Shown here piece by piece: positions 49,423-59,590 of a stretch of 64,000 bases of DNA. A program made the position numbers and the translations under genes. The notes under the pieces were generated by a model. That model was not told the origin of the DNA, did not search any database, and saw only the letters and a program-made list of their open reading frames with translations. The first letter of the stretch is position 1; the number at the start of each line of letters is the position of its first letter. The DNA comes from an uncultured delta proteobacterium. Lineage in GTDB: Bacteria; Myxococcota_A; Polyangia; Polyangiales; Polyangiaceae. The stretch covers positions 224,001 through 288,000 of the forward strand of contig CAVQUB010000013.1 of NCBI GenBank assembly GCA_963716725.1, in the 5' to 3' direction.

Positions 49423-50289
49423 TCACGCCACTCGCCGCAGCTTGTTCATGATCGGGACCTCGTCCGAGCTCACCGTCTTCACGCCGTCGCCGAGGGCTCG
49501 CTCGACGGCACGAATGTCTCGAACCAGCTTCATCAAGCCTTGGGGCTCGACGCTGGCGGCCTGGTCGCTGCCCCACATGGCGCGATCCAGGGTGATGTGG
49601 CGCTCGACCATGCAAGCGCCCATGGCCACGGCGGCGAGGGATGTCGCCAGGCCGACCTCGTGTCCGGAGTAGCCGACAGGCACCCCGTAGCGCTCGGCGA
49701 GTTTGGGGATCATCCGCAGATTCAGGTCTTCCAGCTTGGCGGGGTAGGCGCTGGTCGTGTGGAGCAGAACCAGGTTCTCGGTGCCGAGCTGTTCGACAGC
49801 GCGATCGACTTGCTCCGTGGTGCTCATCCCGGTGGACATGATCAGCGGCCGACCGGTTCGTCGATGGTGAGCGAGTAGCTTCTCGTCGGTGAGGCAGGCC
49901 GAAGCGATCTTGTAGGCGGGTGGATTGAACTGCTCGATGAAGTCGACGCTTCGCTCGTCCCAACACGACGCGAACCAGGTCATGCTCTTGTCACGGCAAT
50001 ACCGCTGCATTTCCCAGTACTGTCCGAGCCCGAACTCGAGGCCTCGTTTCAGATCGCCATTCGTCTTTCCGAAGGGACTCTCGCGGGGACGAGCCAGCTC
50101 TTCTTCGCCGTACACGATCTCGAGGGTTCGCTTCTGGAACTTGACAGCCTGGCAGCCAGCGATGGCAGCGACGTCGACCAGACGCCGCGCAATGTCGATG
50201 TCGCCGTTATGGTTGATGCCGATCTCGGCAATCACGTAGCAAGGGGACCCCTCACCGATGCGTGCTCCGTTGATGATGACCTCGGGCAT
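49423..50289 (-). CDS. NeuB-family ulosonic acid(-phosphate) synthase with no C-terminal SAF domain
   Basis: IAEIGINHNG, VKFQKR, KIASA, GYSGHE, ERHITLDR..WGSDQ..SVEP; 288 aa. Confidence 0.92.
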   Translation of the reverse strand: MPEVIINGARIGEGSPCYVIAEIGINHNGDIDIARRLVDVAAIAGCQAVKFQKRTLEIVYGEEELARPRESPFGKTNGDLKRGLEFGLGQYWEMQRYCRDKSMTWFASCWDERSVDFIEQFNPPAYKIASACLTDEKLLAHHRRTGRPLIMSTGMSTTEQVDRAVEQLGTENLVLLHTTSAYPAKLEDLNLRMIPKLAERYGVPVGYSGHEVGLATSLAAVAMGACMVERHITLDRAMWGSDQAASVEPQGLMKLVRDIRAVERALGDGVKTVSSDEVPIMNKLRRVA

Positions 50290-50316
50290 GAACTGATTCC
50301 TCCGAAGAAGGGCGTT

Positions 50317-50332
50317 TGCAACCGCCGTGCCG
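50317..50332 (-). promoter_or_regulatory. Sigma54 promoter (neuB to motAB-dgc operon)
   Basis: CGGCACGGCGGTTGCA; SD GGAGG downstream. Confidence 0.8.
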
Positions 50333-51115
50333 CTAGACGCGATCCGCTTCATCGCGACGGTCATTGCGATCCGACAGGATCCGGACCGCCGTTCGCCCCA
50401 CCTCGTCCGCCAGCGCCAATGCGCTGACAAAGGGAGTGTCCACCGGCGCAAGCTCGGTGCCGGAACGAGTCGGTGCAGCGAGCGCCCCCGGCAAACGGGT
50501 CGGGGCAACCCCGGGAGTTCCTCCAACAGCGTCGAATCCGGACTGCAGGGCGACTGCGGAGAGCTTGGCCACGGAGCGCGAATAGGCCCCGGCGTCGCCC
50601 GTGAAGTAGCCGCGGGACTTGAGGCCGCGGACAAACGCCGCTGGGTCTCCCTCCTTCGCCCCCTGAAGGGCCGCACCGTAGCGTCTCTCCAACAAGCCGA
50701 TGTAGTCGGCGGCACCTTCGTCCGCGCTTCGATATGCGCGGAAGCGATCGTGAATGACCCGTTCGCTCGCCCCGGAGCCCTCGCGCGTTCTCTGCACTAC
50801 GGAGAGCCCCGACGGACCGACGCCTTTGATCCCGCCGAAGTTGAAGTTGTACATGGATCCGCCACGCCCAGTTTCGTGCGCCCACTGTGCGACCAGTACC
50901 CCCATCGTCTCCCGGCTCGGTTGCTCGCCGAAGCGTGCGGTCCAGGCGCGTTCGAGCGCGGTTCGTGCCTCTTCACCCGACAGGGAGGTCCGGCGCACCG
51001 CGGCGGCACCGGCCCGTTCGAGTTCCAGGTCGAAGCCCGCCGCCGGTGGTGGCGGCCGCGGCACCGGCGCAGCGCGGGGCTCTGAGGCGACCACGGGGAC
51101 CACGCCGACGTTCAT
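50333..51115 (-). CDS. Stand-alone GH73-like peptidoglycan hydrolase (FlgJ muramidase-like)
   Basis: AQWAHETGRG, NFGGIKG, FRAYRS, RY, GYFTG..Y; no Sec signal peptide evident. Confidence 0.75.
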   Translation of the reverse strand: MNVGVVPVVASEPRAAPVPRPPPPAAGFDLELERAGAAAVRRTSLSGEEARTALERAWTARFGEQPSRETMGVLVAQWAHETGRGGSMYNFNFGGIKGVGPSGLSVVQRTREGSGASERVIHDRFRAYRSADEGAADYIGLLERRYGAALQGAKEGDPAAFVRGLKSRGYFTGDAGAYSRSVAKLSAVALQSGFDAVGGTPGVAPTRLPGALAAPTRSGTELAPVDTPFVSALALADEVGRTAVRILSDRNDRRDEADRV

Positions 51116-51127
51116 GGCGAAAGTATT

Positions 51128-51143
51128 GGCAAGAAGTGCGCCA
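51128..51143 (-). promoter_or_regulatory. Putative sigma54 promoter (GH73 gene)
   Basis: TGGCGCACTTCTTGCC; ATG at predicted +3. Confidence 0.7.
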
Positions 51144-51273
51144 CCGCGGCTGCGCCGCAGTGGCTACCAGTCGGCGCCGCTCTGCCAGATCAGTGACGCG
51201 GGGGCCGTCAATTCCGCGGGCACTTCGGCTCCGGTCCTCGTGTCCGGAGATTCGCTCCCGGCCAAACGCGACC

Positions 51274-51289
51274 TGGCGTAAGCTTTGCT
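51274..51289 (+). promoter_or_regulatory. Putative sigma54 promoter (REC-HDOD and flgF)
   Basis: TGGCGTAAGCTTTGCT; ATG at predicted +4. Confidence 0.7.
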
Positions 51290-51302
51290 CGGTGGGGGCA
51301 TC

Positions 51303-52550
51303 ATGAGTGAAGCAATCGGGCGGGACGGACCCATTCAGGTCCTCCTGGTCGACGACGACCCACTTGTCCTCAAGAGCGTCGCGCGACTGCTCGGCAGCGT
51401 CGAGCCCAACTGGACCGTCGCCACAGCGGGCTCGGGGGAGGAGGCCATTGGGATCCTCGAGAAACAGCCCATAGATTTGGTCCTGTCGGATCTCAATCTG
51501 GGCGCAACGAACATGAGCGGCGCTGAGCTTCTCTCGTACGTACAGGAGCGCCACCCGGACGTCGTGCGGATCCTCCTGACGGGCCAAGCAACGCCGGAGA
51601 TGGCTCATCGTTCCCTGCCCGCGGCCCACTCGCTGCTACAGAAGCCCTTCGAGCGCCTGGAGCTCCACGCGAAGCTGCGACGGGCCGCCGAGCTGCGCGA
51701 GCTGCTGACGAACACCCGCATCCGGAGCCTGATCGGGTCGAGCAATCGGCTCCCCTCGCCCCCAAAGGTCTTCCACGAGGTGGCCGTGGCCCTGGCCGGA
51801 CGCCGCGCTGGAATGGAAGACGTCGCCTGCCTGATCGAAAGGGACGTCGCGCTCTCCGCGCAACTGATCCGCCTCGTGTCGTCCGCCTTCTTCGGTCTGC
51901 CACCGCGCGTGCGGAGCGTGCGCGGGGCCATCGCGTACTTGGGATTCAACACGGTCAAGACCCTCGTGCTCAGCGCGTCCATCGTCGAGCAATATCGAAC
52001 GACTCGGCCCGTCCGCGGTTTCGACCTCGACGGACTGCAAGCGCACGCGGTGGCCAGCGCCCATATCGCGCGCCAGGTGGTGGGGGAACCGGGCCTGACC
52101 GAGTCGGCCTTCAGCGCCGCGATGCTGCAGAACGTCGGCCAACTCCTGCTGGCGTCCCGGGCACCGGACGAATACTCCGAAGTGTTGATCCGCCAGCGCG
52201 AGGGCGCGCCGCCGGAGCAGGGCGAGGCCGACGTGTTCGGCGTCGCTCATCCGCAGATAGGCGCCTACCTGCTGGGCATATGGGGCCTGCCCAGCAGCTT
52301 GATCCGCGGGGTCCTCCACCATCACGAGGTTCAGCGCAGCGTGTCCTCCCGCATGGACGTGGCCCTAGCGGTGAACATCGCCGCGAAGCTGGCGAGCTCG
52401 CCGGACGCGCCGGCTCTGGACGACCCGGGAGATGACCCCTTCGTCATCGACCTCGCCCATTTGCGCGAACTGGGAGTGGCCCAGCTCTTGCCTGAGTGGC
52501 GTGAGACTGCCAGGCGCATGCTGGAGTCTAGCGGAGGAAATGATCGATGA
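51303..52550 (+). CDS. REC-HDOD response regulator
   Basis: LLVDDD, VLSDL, LLTG, QKP; then LPSPP, DVALSAQLIRLVSSAFF, WGLP, HHH. The HD motif is replaced by QN. Confidence 0.88.
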   Translation: MSEAIGRDGPIQVLLVDDDPLVLKSVARLLGSVEPNWTVATAGSGEEAIGILEKQPIDLVLSDLNLGATNMSGAELLSYVQERHPDVVRILLTGQATPEMAHRSLPAAHSLLQKPFERLELHAKLRRAAELRELLTNTRIRSLIGSSNRLPSPPKVFHEVAVALAGRRAGMEDVACLIERDVALSAQLIRLVSSAFFGLPPRVRSVRGAIAYLGFNTVKTLVLSASIVEQYRTTRPVRGFDLDGLQAHAVASAHIARQVVGEPGLTESAFSAAMLQNVGQLLLASRAPDEYSEVLIRQREGAPPEQGEADVFGVAHPQIGAYLLGIWGLPSSLIRGVLHHHEVQRSVSSRMDVALAVNIAAKLASSPDAPALDDPGDDPFVIDLAHLRELGVAQLLPEWRETARRMLESSGGNDR

Positions 52551-53287
52551 GCACCGGGATCTGGTCGGCGGCGTCCGGGGCGGTCGCCCAGGGGTTCTCG
52601 CTGGATGTCGCGGCGAACAACATCGCGAACGCGACGACCCCGGGCTTCCGATCCGACAAGGCGGTTTTTCGACAGGAACTCGCAAAGGCAGTGCAACGTG
52701 GAGAGACGCCGTCGCTTCGCTACGCGTTGGTTCGCAATGCAGTCGTGGACTTTCGAGCGGGAGACTTGACCCCCACAGGACGGCCGCTCGACGTCGCGCT
52801 GAGGACCGACGACACCTTCTTCGTGGTGAGGACCCGCGATGGGGAGCGATACACTCGCGCAGGCGGCGTGCAGATCTCGAGCGACGGATCGCTGACCATG
52901 GCCGACGGCACGCCCTACCTGGGGCCCGACCGGAAGATCATGAAGGCGCCGATGGAAGCTGGGACGGTCGCGTTCTCCAAAGACGGACGCCTCATCGTGG
53001 ATGGCGTGGAAGGCACACAGAAGCTTCTTGTCGTGTCCTTCAAGACCCCGGCGGCGCTGGTCCGCGACGGCAACGTCATGTTCCGCGCACCCCCGGCTGC
53101 GGGTCGCCCCGTCGAAGCGCCCGCGGACCTCGAGATTGGAGCGCTCGAGGGCTCCAATGCCTCTGCAGTCGGCGGCATGACCTCTATCGTCACGGCGAGT
53201 CGACAGTTCGAAATGCTGACCCGAGTGATCGAGGCGTTTTCGACCATCGATCGCAAGGCCGCCACGGACGTCATGGCGAAACGCTGA
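52547..53287 (+). CDS. flgF: Rod protein FlgF
   Basis: AANNIANATTPGFR, TGRPLDVAL, YTRAG, LEGSNAS, RQFEM; 246 aa, lacks the FlgG-specific insert. Confidence 0.85.
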   Translation: MSTGIWSAASGAVAQGFSLDVAANNIANATTPGFRSDKAVFRQELAKAVQRGETPSLRYALVRNAVVDFRAGDLTPTGRPLDVALRTDDTFFVVRTRDGERYTRAGGVQISSDGSLTMADGTPYLGPDRKIMKAPMEAGTVAFSKDGRLIVDGVEGTQKLLVVSFKTPAALVRDGNVMFRAPPAAGRPVEAPADLEIGALEGSNASAVGGMTSIVTASRQFEMLTRVIEAFSTIDRKAATDVMAKR

Positions 53288-53799
53288 GCAGTCCGGGGCT
53301 CAGCATCGCGCTCGCCAGGACTGCAACGACGACGACCCCCGCGGCCAGTCCGATGCGCTGCTTCAAACGGACGGCTCGGACCGGCTCGTGTCGGCTCGGG
53401 ACCACTGCGTCCCGGTGCGAAGACACCGGGGGCGAGCTCAAGCCAGTGAAATTGTGCTCGTCCGCATTGGGCAGCATCAAGCCGACGTGCTCGAAGTCGC
53501 CGTAGCGCTTCAGATCACCAGAAAACGCGGCGACCCCCGAGTAGCGGAGCAGCGGCTCGGCGCAGGTGGCGCGCCTCACGACTCGGGAGATGCCCGCCGG
53601 CGCTCGGGCCAGACAGTCGAGTCGCGGGATGTTCTCCCGCTCATCCGGAGGCTCGGGTCCGAGCACCAGGAAGGCGAGAATACGCCCGAGCGACGCAGGC
53701 CACCAGGTCCAGCCGTGCCGCTCCGCGAGGCCAGGGCTGCTCAGCGCCGAGGCCCACCAGCGGCAACAGGTCAGTGGGGTTGGATAGGGTCTGCACCAC
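53271..53799 (-). pseudogene. Kinase C-lobe-like fragment with C-terminal TM (frameshifted or remnant)
   Basis: SLGRILAFLVLG...VVRRATCAEPLLRY..VAAF..DL resembles kinase subdomains IX-XI, with no catalytic loop; lies downstream of a sigma28-type motif. Confidence 0.35.
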
Positions 53800-53821
53800 G
53801 CGCTCGTCGGCCCCGGGACAC

Positions 53822-53849
53822 TGAACGACGCTCACCTTGGATCCTTTAG
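53822..53849 (-). promoter_or_regulatory. Putative sigma28 promoter
   Basis: CTAAAG-N14-GTCGTTCA. Confidence 0.55.
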
Positions 53850-53877
53850 CGGTCCCGGCTGTCGCAGGTTGGACTAC

Positions 53878-53905
53878 CTTTAGCCTCGCGGCGCGGGGCC
53901 GTTCG
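53878..53905 (+). promoter_or_regulatory. Weaker putative sigma28 promoter (hybrid kinase)
   Basis: CTTTAG-N14-GCCGTTCG. Confidence 0.4.
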
Positions 53906-53907
53906 CG

Positions 53908-56508
53908 ATGGTGCCAGCCGTGTCCATCTCTCCCCTCTCCTTGGGTGACGCCTTCGTCGCAGGAGCCGCAGTGCTCCTCGCGACCTACGAGTTCTGGCTG
54001 TATTCCAAGCGCCCGACCCACGCCGAACACCTCTGGATGGGCGTGATGTGCCTGATGGCGGCGGGATACGCCGGGCTGATGGGCGCGCACTACAACGCTG
54101 GAGCGGACGCGGCAGTGGTCTTGTCTCGCTTCGAAGGCGCCACCATCGCAGGCGCCTGTTTCGCGTCGCTGGCGTGGGCGCTCACCGTCGCCGACCGGGC
54201 GAGCCCGCGCGCGCTGGCCTGGCTCGGCGTGGCCGCCACGGTCGTCGTGGCCTCGACCCTCTCGCCCTGGGCGATCACCAGCGTGCACGCCGTCGCTCCT
54301 CCCTTCGGGGGCGACGTCTTCTGGCGTCGAGATCCGACGCCGTTGGTGAACGTGATCCAGATCATCGCCGTTGTGCTGGTGGTCGCTGCGCTCGCGCTGA
54401 CCACCCGCGCTCCTCCGGAGCGACGCAGCAGCCTCCGTTACTTCCAGGTGGGCATGGGACTCTGGGTGCTCTGCGCCTCACCGAATATGATCGGCGCCCT
54501 GGTCGGCAGTCCTGCACCGCTGTCGACCATCGAGTACGGCTTCGCGGCGCTGGCGCTGAGCCTGGTTGCCCACGACGTGCGTCGATTCATGGAAGCCCTC
54601 TCGCTGAGCGAAGACAAGGTCGAAGCCACCGAGTTGCAGCACCGTGCCCTCGAGTCGCTGCATCGTGACGTCGTCTCGTCCATCGGGGAAGGCGTCGTGA
54701 TGCTGGACCCGGAGGAACGGGTGCGGCTCTGGAACCCCGTGGCCGCCAAACTCTTGGACGTGAGTGTCGAACGCGCGCTGGGCGAGAAACTCTGGGATGT
54801 GCTGAGTATCGCTGAGCACGACCGGGCGACACTGACGGCGAAGCTGAGGGAAGCCTCCGACGGAAATGTGGTGACGACCGCGCCCTTCACCCAGCGCGCC
54901 GGTGAGCGCGAGGTGCAAGTGGTCTGGACCCTTGCGCCCTTCGACTCCCAAGACGCCGGCCGGGGCGCCATCGCCGTGCTGCGCGACGTGACCAGCGAAC
55001 AGTCGGCGCGCGCAGCGCTGATCCGCAGCGAAAAGAACTCGCGCGCTCTGATCGACGCACTGCCCGACGCCATCGCCGTGATGGATGACGACCGGATCCT
55101 CTATGTCAACGCCGCGCTGAGCGACTTGCTGGGTCTCGAGAGCGAAGACAGCTTGAGCGGGCTTCGCGCGGGACGCCTGGTGCACTACGCTGACCGCTCT
55201 CGACTCCAAGCCCTGCGCCACAGCGGCTCGCCGGCCGAGCTCCGCATGGCCGCACGGGGTCGCTCCGTCGTAGCCGAAATTCGCTGTGTGCCCATCGAGT
55301 TCGACGGTGCTCCTGCGGAGGCGCTGGTTGCCAGGGACGTCACTGAGCGCAACGAACTCACCGCGCGAATGATGGAACTCGACCGAATGGTGGCGGTCGG
55401 CACCCTCGCCGCCGGAGTGGGCCACGAAATCAACAACCCGCTCGCCTTCCTGACGGCGAACCTCGAAGAGCTGGAGCAGACGCTCTCACCCGTAGCCTCG
55501 GAGGCCAAGGTCCTGGTGGAAGAGGCGCTGGTCGGCTCGCGGCGAATCCGCGACATCGTTCGGTCCATTTCTGGGTTCTCGCGGGCTGGCGGGGAGCGAC
55601 GCACGATCAGCCTGAGCGCAGCGGTGCACTCCGCGACGACCCTGGCCGGCAACGAACTCCGCCACCACGCTCGGCTCTCGGTGGAGCACCAGCAGGAGTT
55701 CTACGTCGAGGCCAACGAAGCCGACCTGGGGCAGGTCTTGCTCAATCTCTTGGTCAACGCGAGTCATGCCGTTCGGGACGGCGGCCCGGAGCAGAACTCG
55801 GTCCGAGTGCGGACCTACTCGGACCAGGGCCGGGCCGTGTGTGAGGTGTCGGACAGCGGCTGCGGCATCTCGCCCAGCGTGTTGCCGCGCATCTTCGATC
55901 CCTTCTTCACGACGAAGCCCGTAGGCGAAGGCACCGGGCTCGGGCTGAGCATCTGCCTGCAGACGGTTCGTTCGCTCGGCGGTAACATCGAAGTCGAGAG
56001 CGAAGCCGGCGTTGGCACGACGTTCCGGGTACTCCTGCCCGCCGTCGAGCCCGCCACCGAGCCGTTGCGGCTGGCGAACCGAGCGCCGGCGACCAGCGGA
56101 CGTCGCGCGCGCCTGATGCTGGTCGATGACGACGAGAACCTGCTGCGCTCGCTTTCGCGACCGCTACGCCGACACTTTGACCTGACCCTGTGCGTTTCGG
56201 CCGAGGACGCCCTGAGCCACCTCGAACGCGGCGAGGAATTCGAGGCAATCCTGACCAATCTGATGATGCCCGGGACCAGCGGGATGGAACTCTACGAGTG
56301 GGTTCTCCAGCTCGACCCCGGCGTGGCCGCGCGCATGCTCTTCACCACTGGTGGAGCGTTCACGCCCGCCGCGACCCGCTTCTGCGCCGCGATGGAGGAC
56401 CGCGTCCTCCCGAAGCCCATCAGCGTGGCGGAGCTCCGAGACCGCGTCGAGGCGCTGGCCGGCCCCGCGGCGGGCGTGGCGGAAATCCGCCGCTCCCGGC
56501 TGCACTGA
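53908..56508 (+). CDS. Membrane hybrid histidine kinase (multi-TM, two PAS, HisKA, HATPase, REC)
   Basis: About 7 TM helices, two PAS domains ending RDVT, GHEINNPL, NLLVNA, FDPFFTTK, GTGLGL, C-terminal REC. Confidence 0.92.
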   Translation: MVPAVSISPLSLGDAFVAGAAVLLATYEFWLYSKRPTHAEHLWMGVMCLMAAGYAGLMGAHYNAGADAAVVLSRFEGATIAGACFASLAWALTVADRASPRALAWLGVAATVVVASTLSPWAITSVHAVAPPFGGDVFWRRDPTPLVNVIQIIAVVLVVAALALTTRAPPERRSSLRYFQVGMGLWVLCASPNMIGALVGSPAPLSTIEYGFAALALSLVAHDVRRFMEALSLSEDKVEATELQHRALESLHRDVVSSIGEGVVMLDPEERVRLWNPVAAKLLDVSVERALGEKLWDVLSIAEHDRATLTAKLREASDGNVVTTAPFTQRAGEREVQVVWTLAPFDSQDAGRGAIAVLRDVTSEQSARAALIRSEKNSRALIDALPDAIAVMDDDRILYVNAALSDLLGLESEDSLSGLRAGRLVHYADRSRLQALRHSGSPAELRMAARGRSVVAEIRCVPIEFDGAPAEALVARDVTERNELTARMMELDRMVAVGTLAAGVGHEINNPLAFLTANLEELEQTLSPVASEAKVLVEEALVGSRRIRDIVRSISGFSRAGGERRTISLSAAVHSATTLAGNELRHHARLSVEHQQEFYVEANEADLGQVLLNLLVNASHAVRDGGPEQNSVRVRTYSDQGRAVCEVSDSGCGISPSVLPRIFDPFFTTKPVGEGTGLGLSICLQTVRSLGGNIEVESEAGVGTTFRVLLPAVEPATEPLRLANRAPATSGRRARLMLVDDDENLLRSLSRPLRRHFDLTLCVSAEDALSHLERGEEFEAILTNLMMPGTSGMELYEWVLQLDPGVAARMLFTTGGAFTPAATRFCAAMEDRVLPKPISVAELRDRVEALAGPAAGVAEIRRSRLH

Positions 56509-56593
56509 GGCGCGCCGGCGAGCAGGTCCCTCAGCCGCTGCCCGCCGACGCGAAACCCTCGCTCGGGCCGGCGATTCGCGGTAGAAGCGCCCC

Positions 56594-57790
<1,197 letters not shown>

Positions 57791-57800
57791 AGCGTGGTGC

Positions 57801-58811
57801 TCACCTCGCGGTCGGGAGGGCCGTGAGCGTGGGCACTGGCAGGGCTTCCAGCTCCTTCTGCAGCTCGCGCCAGCGCTTCGGGGGCGCGAGCAAGTCGAAC
57901 TCGGTCGAGCAGGGCAAGGTGTCCCAACCCCGCATCAGCCGATCGGCCCGATCCAACGCGTCAGCTCGACTCTCCCCTCCGAGGCGAGAATAGACGTAGA
58001 GCCGAGTCGCGACGCTGAGCGCGTTGAGCGGACAGACGCGGGACTTGCTGCTGCTCTTGCGAACGACATCGGCGTCCAGCTGCGTGCGCCGCAGGCGTTC
58101 GGCATAGAGTGGGGTCAAGAGCGCCAGATCACGGGCGTAGCGCGCTCCATCCCACCGCTCGAGCCCTCGCACCTCGACCAACAGCGCGCTGGAAGGTCCG
58201 CACGACACGCGCGAGCAGGGCGCGATGCTCAGCGCCCCCAGCCGCACTTCGAACTCCGGAACCCCGTCGGCGTCCTCGTCCCTGAGGCACGTCGGGCACT
58301 CGGGAGCGGTGCTAGCGAGCTTGAAGCCGTGTTCGACCAGATCGATCACCAATGGCTTGGCCACTCCGCAGTTGGCGCCACAGGGCGTCAAGTGGATCAC
58401 GACGGACTTCGAGCCATCGCCGCGTAGATCCCAGAGCAGCGAGCCGTCGCGCTTCTTCATCACGTCGACCATGCCGCTCTGACTGGACACCACTTGGTAC
58501 GGGCCGGCGCCAATGGCGTCCACCCGCGCGACGCGCGACGCGGGCGCCTTTTCGGGCGTCGGGCCGTAGATCACGATGGCCGCGTGATGCTCGGGGATGG
58601 GCACCACCTCCTTCACCACCCAACCGGCGCGCTCGGCCTCGACCTTCGCGTGCTCGAGGTTCTGGCGGAAGCTGATCAGAAGGGGATCGGGCGGGCGGCT
58701 GGGAGTGGGTGGCGGAGCAGCTGCCACCGTTACCGGCGCCGTGCCCGCCGTCGGCGTGACTCCGGCGCAACCCGCCGACGCGAGCACCAGCGCGAGACCC
58801 AGTCGTCTCAC
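57801..58811 (-). CDS. Hypothetical lipoprotein
   Basis: MRRLGLALVLASAGC lipobox, several Cys pairs; start overlaps the dapB stop. Confidence 0.7.
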   Translation of the reverse strand: MRRLGLALVLASAGCAGVTPTAGTAPVTVAAAPPPTPSRPPDPLLISFRQNLEHAKVEAERAGWVVKEVVPIPEHHAAIVIYGPTPEKAPASRVARVDAIGAGPYQVVSSQSGMVDVMKKRDGSLLWDLRGDGSKSVVIHLTPCGANCGVAKPLVIDLVEHGFKLASTAPECPTCLRDEDADGVPEFEVRLGALSIAPCSRVSCGPSSALLVEVRGLERWDGARYARDLALLTPLYAERLRRTQLDADVVRKSSSKSRVCPLNALSVATRLYVYSRLGGESRADALDRADRLMRGWDTLPCSTEFDLLAPPKRWRELQKELEALPVPTLTALPTAR

Positions 58812-59590
58812 CCGAGCACGTCTGCCACGGTGTAGAGGCCGGGGGGCTTGCCGACCAGGAAGCGGGCCGCGAACAGCGCGCCGTGGGCGAACAGCTCCCG
58901 GCTCGAGGCTCGGTGCGTCAGCTCGATGCGCTCGCCGGGACCGAGCAAGTAGACGGTGTGCTCGCCGATGACGTCACCGCCCCGTATGCCGAACACGCCG
59001 ATCTCGTCGGTTGGCCGAGCGCCGACGTCGCCGTCGCGGCCGTGGACTTCGGTGAGGGGCCCACGCGCGACCTGCGCCGCCTCGGCCAGCCGCTTGGCGG
59101 TGCCGCTCGGCGAGTCCGCCTTCTTGCGGTGGTGGATCTCGACGATCTCGACGTCGTACTCGCTGCCGAGGCGTCTCACCGCCTGGGTCACCAGCTCGGC
59201 GAGCACCTGCACTCCCAAGCTCATGTTGGGCGCCCACAACACCGGCACGCTGGCAGCCGCCTTTTCGAGCAACGCCCTGGTCGGAGCATCGAGGTTGGTC
59301 GTGCCGCTGACCACGGCAACTTTCTGCCTGGCAGCGATTGCCAGCAGCTCCGGCACGGCGCGAGCCGTCGAAAAGTCGATGACCAGGTCGGCGCCGAGCA
59401 GGCCCGACGCAGTGTCCGCGCCCACCGCCACGCCGACGCTGCCCAAACCCGCGAGGTCGCCGAGGTCGCGCCCGAGGTTCGGGTCGTCAGCCGCCGCTAC
59501 CGCGCCAACGATCTCGTGGCCCGCCGCGCGAGCGAGGCGCGCGACGGTCAGGCCCATGCGCCCGGTGGCGCCAAAGAGCGCGAGCTTCAC
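58808..59590 (-). CDS. dapB: 4-hydroxy-tetrahydrodipicolinate reductase
   Basis: GATGRMG, IDFS, GTT, EIHHRKKADSPSGTA, RGGDVIGEH. Confidence 0.96.
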   Translation of the reverse strand: MKLALFGATGRMGLTVARLARAAGHEIVGAVAAADDPNLGRDLGDLAGLGSVGVAVGADTASGLLGADLVIDFSTARAVPELLAIAARQKVAVVSGTTNLDAPTRALLEKAAASVPVLWAPNMSLGVQVLAELVTQAVRRLGSEYDVEIVEIHHRKKADSPSGTAKRLAEAAQVARGPLTEVHGRDGDVGARPTDEIGVFGIRGGDVIGEHTVYLLGPGERIELTHRASSRELFAHGALFAARFLVGKPPGLYTVADVLG

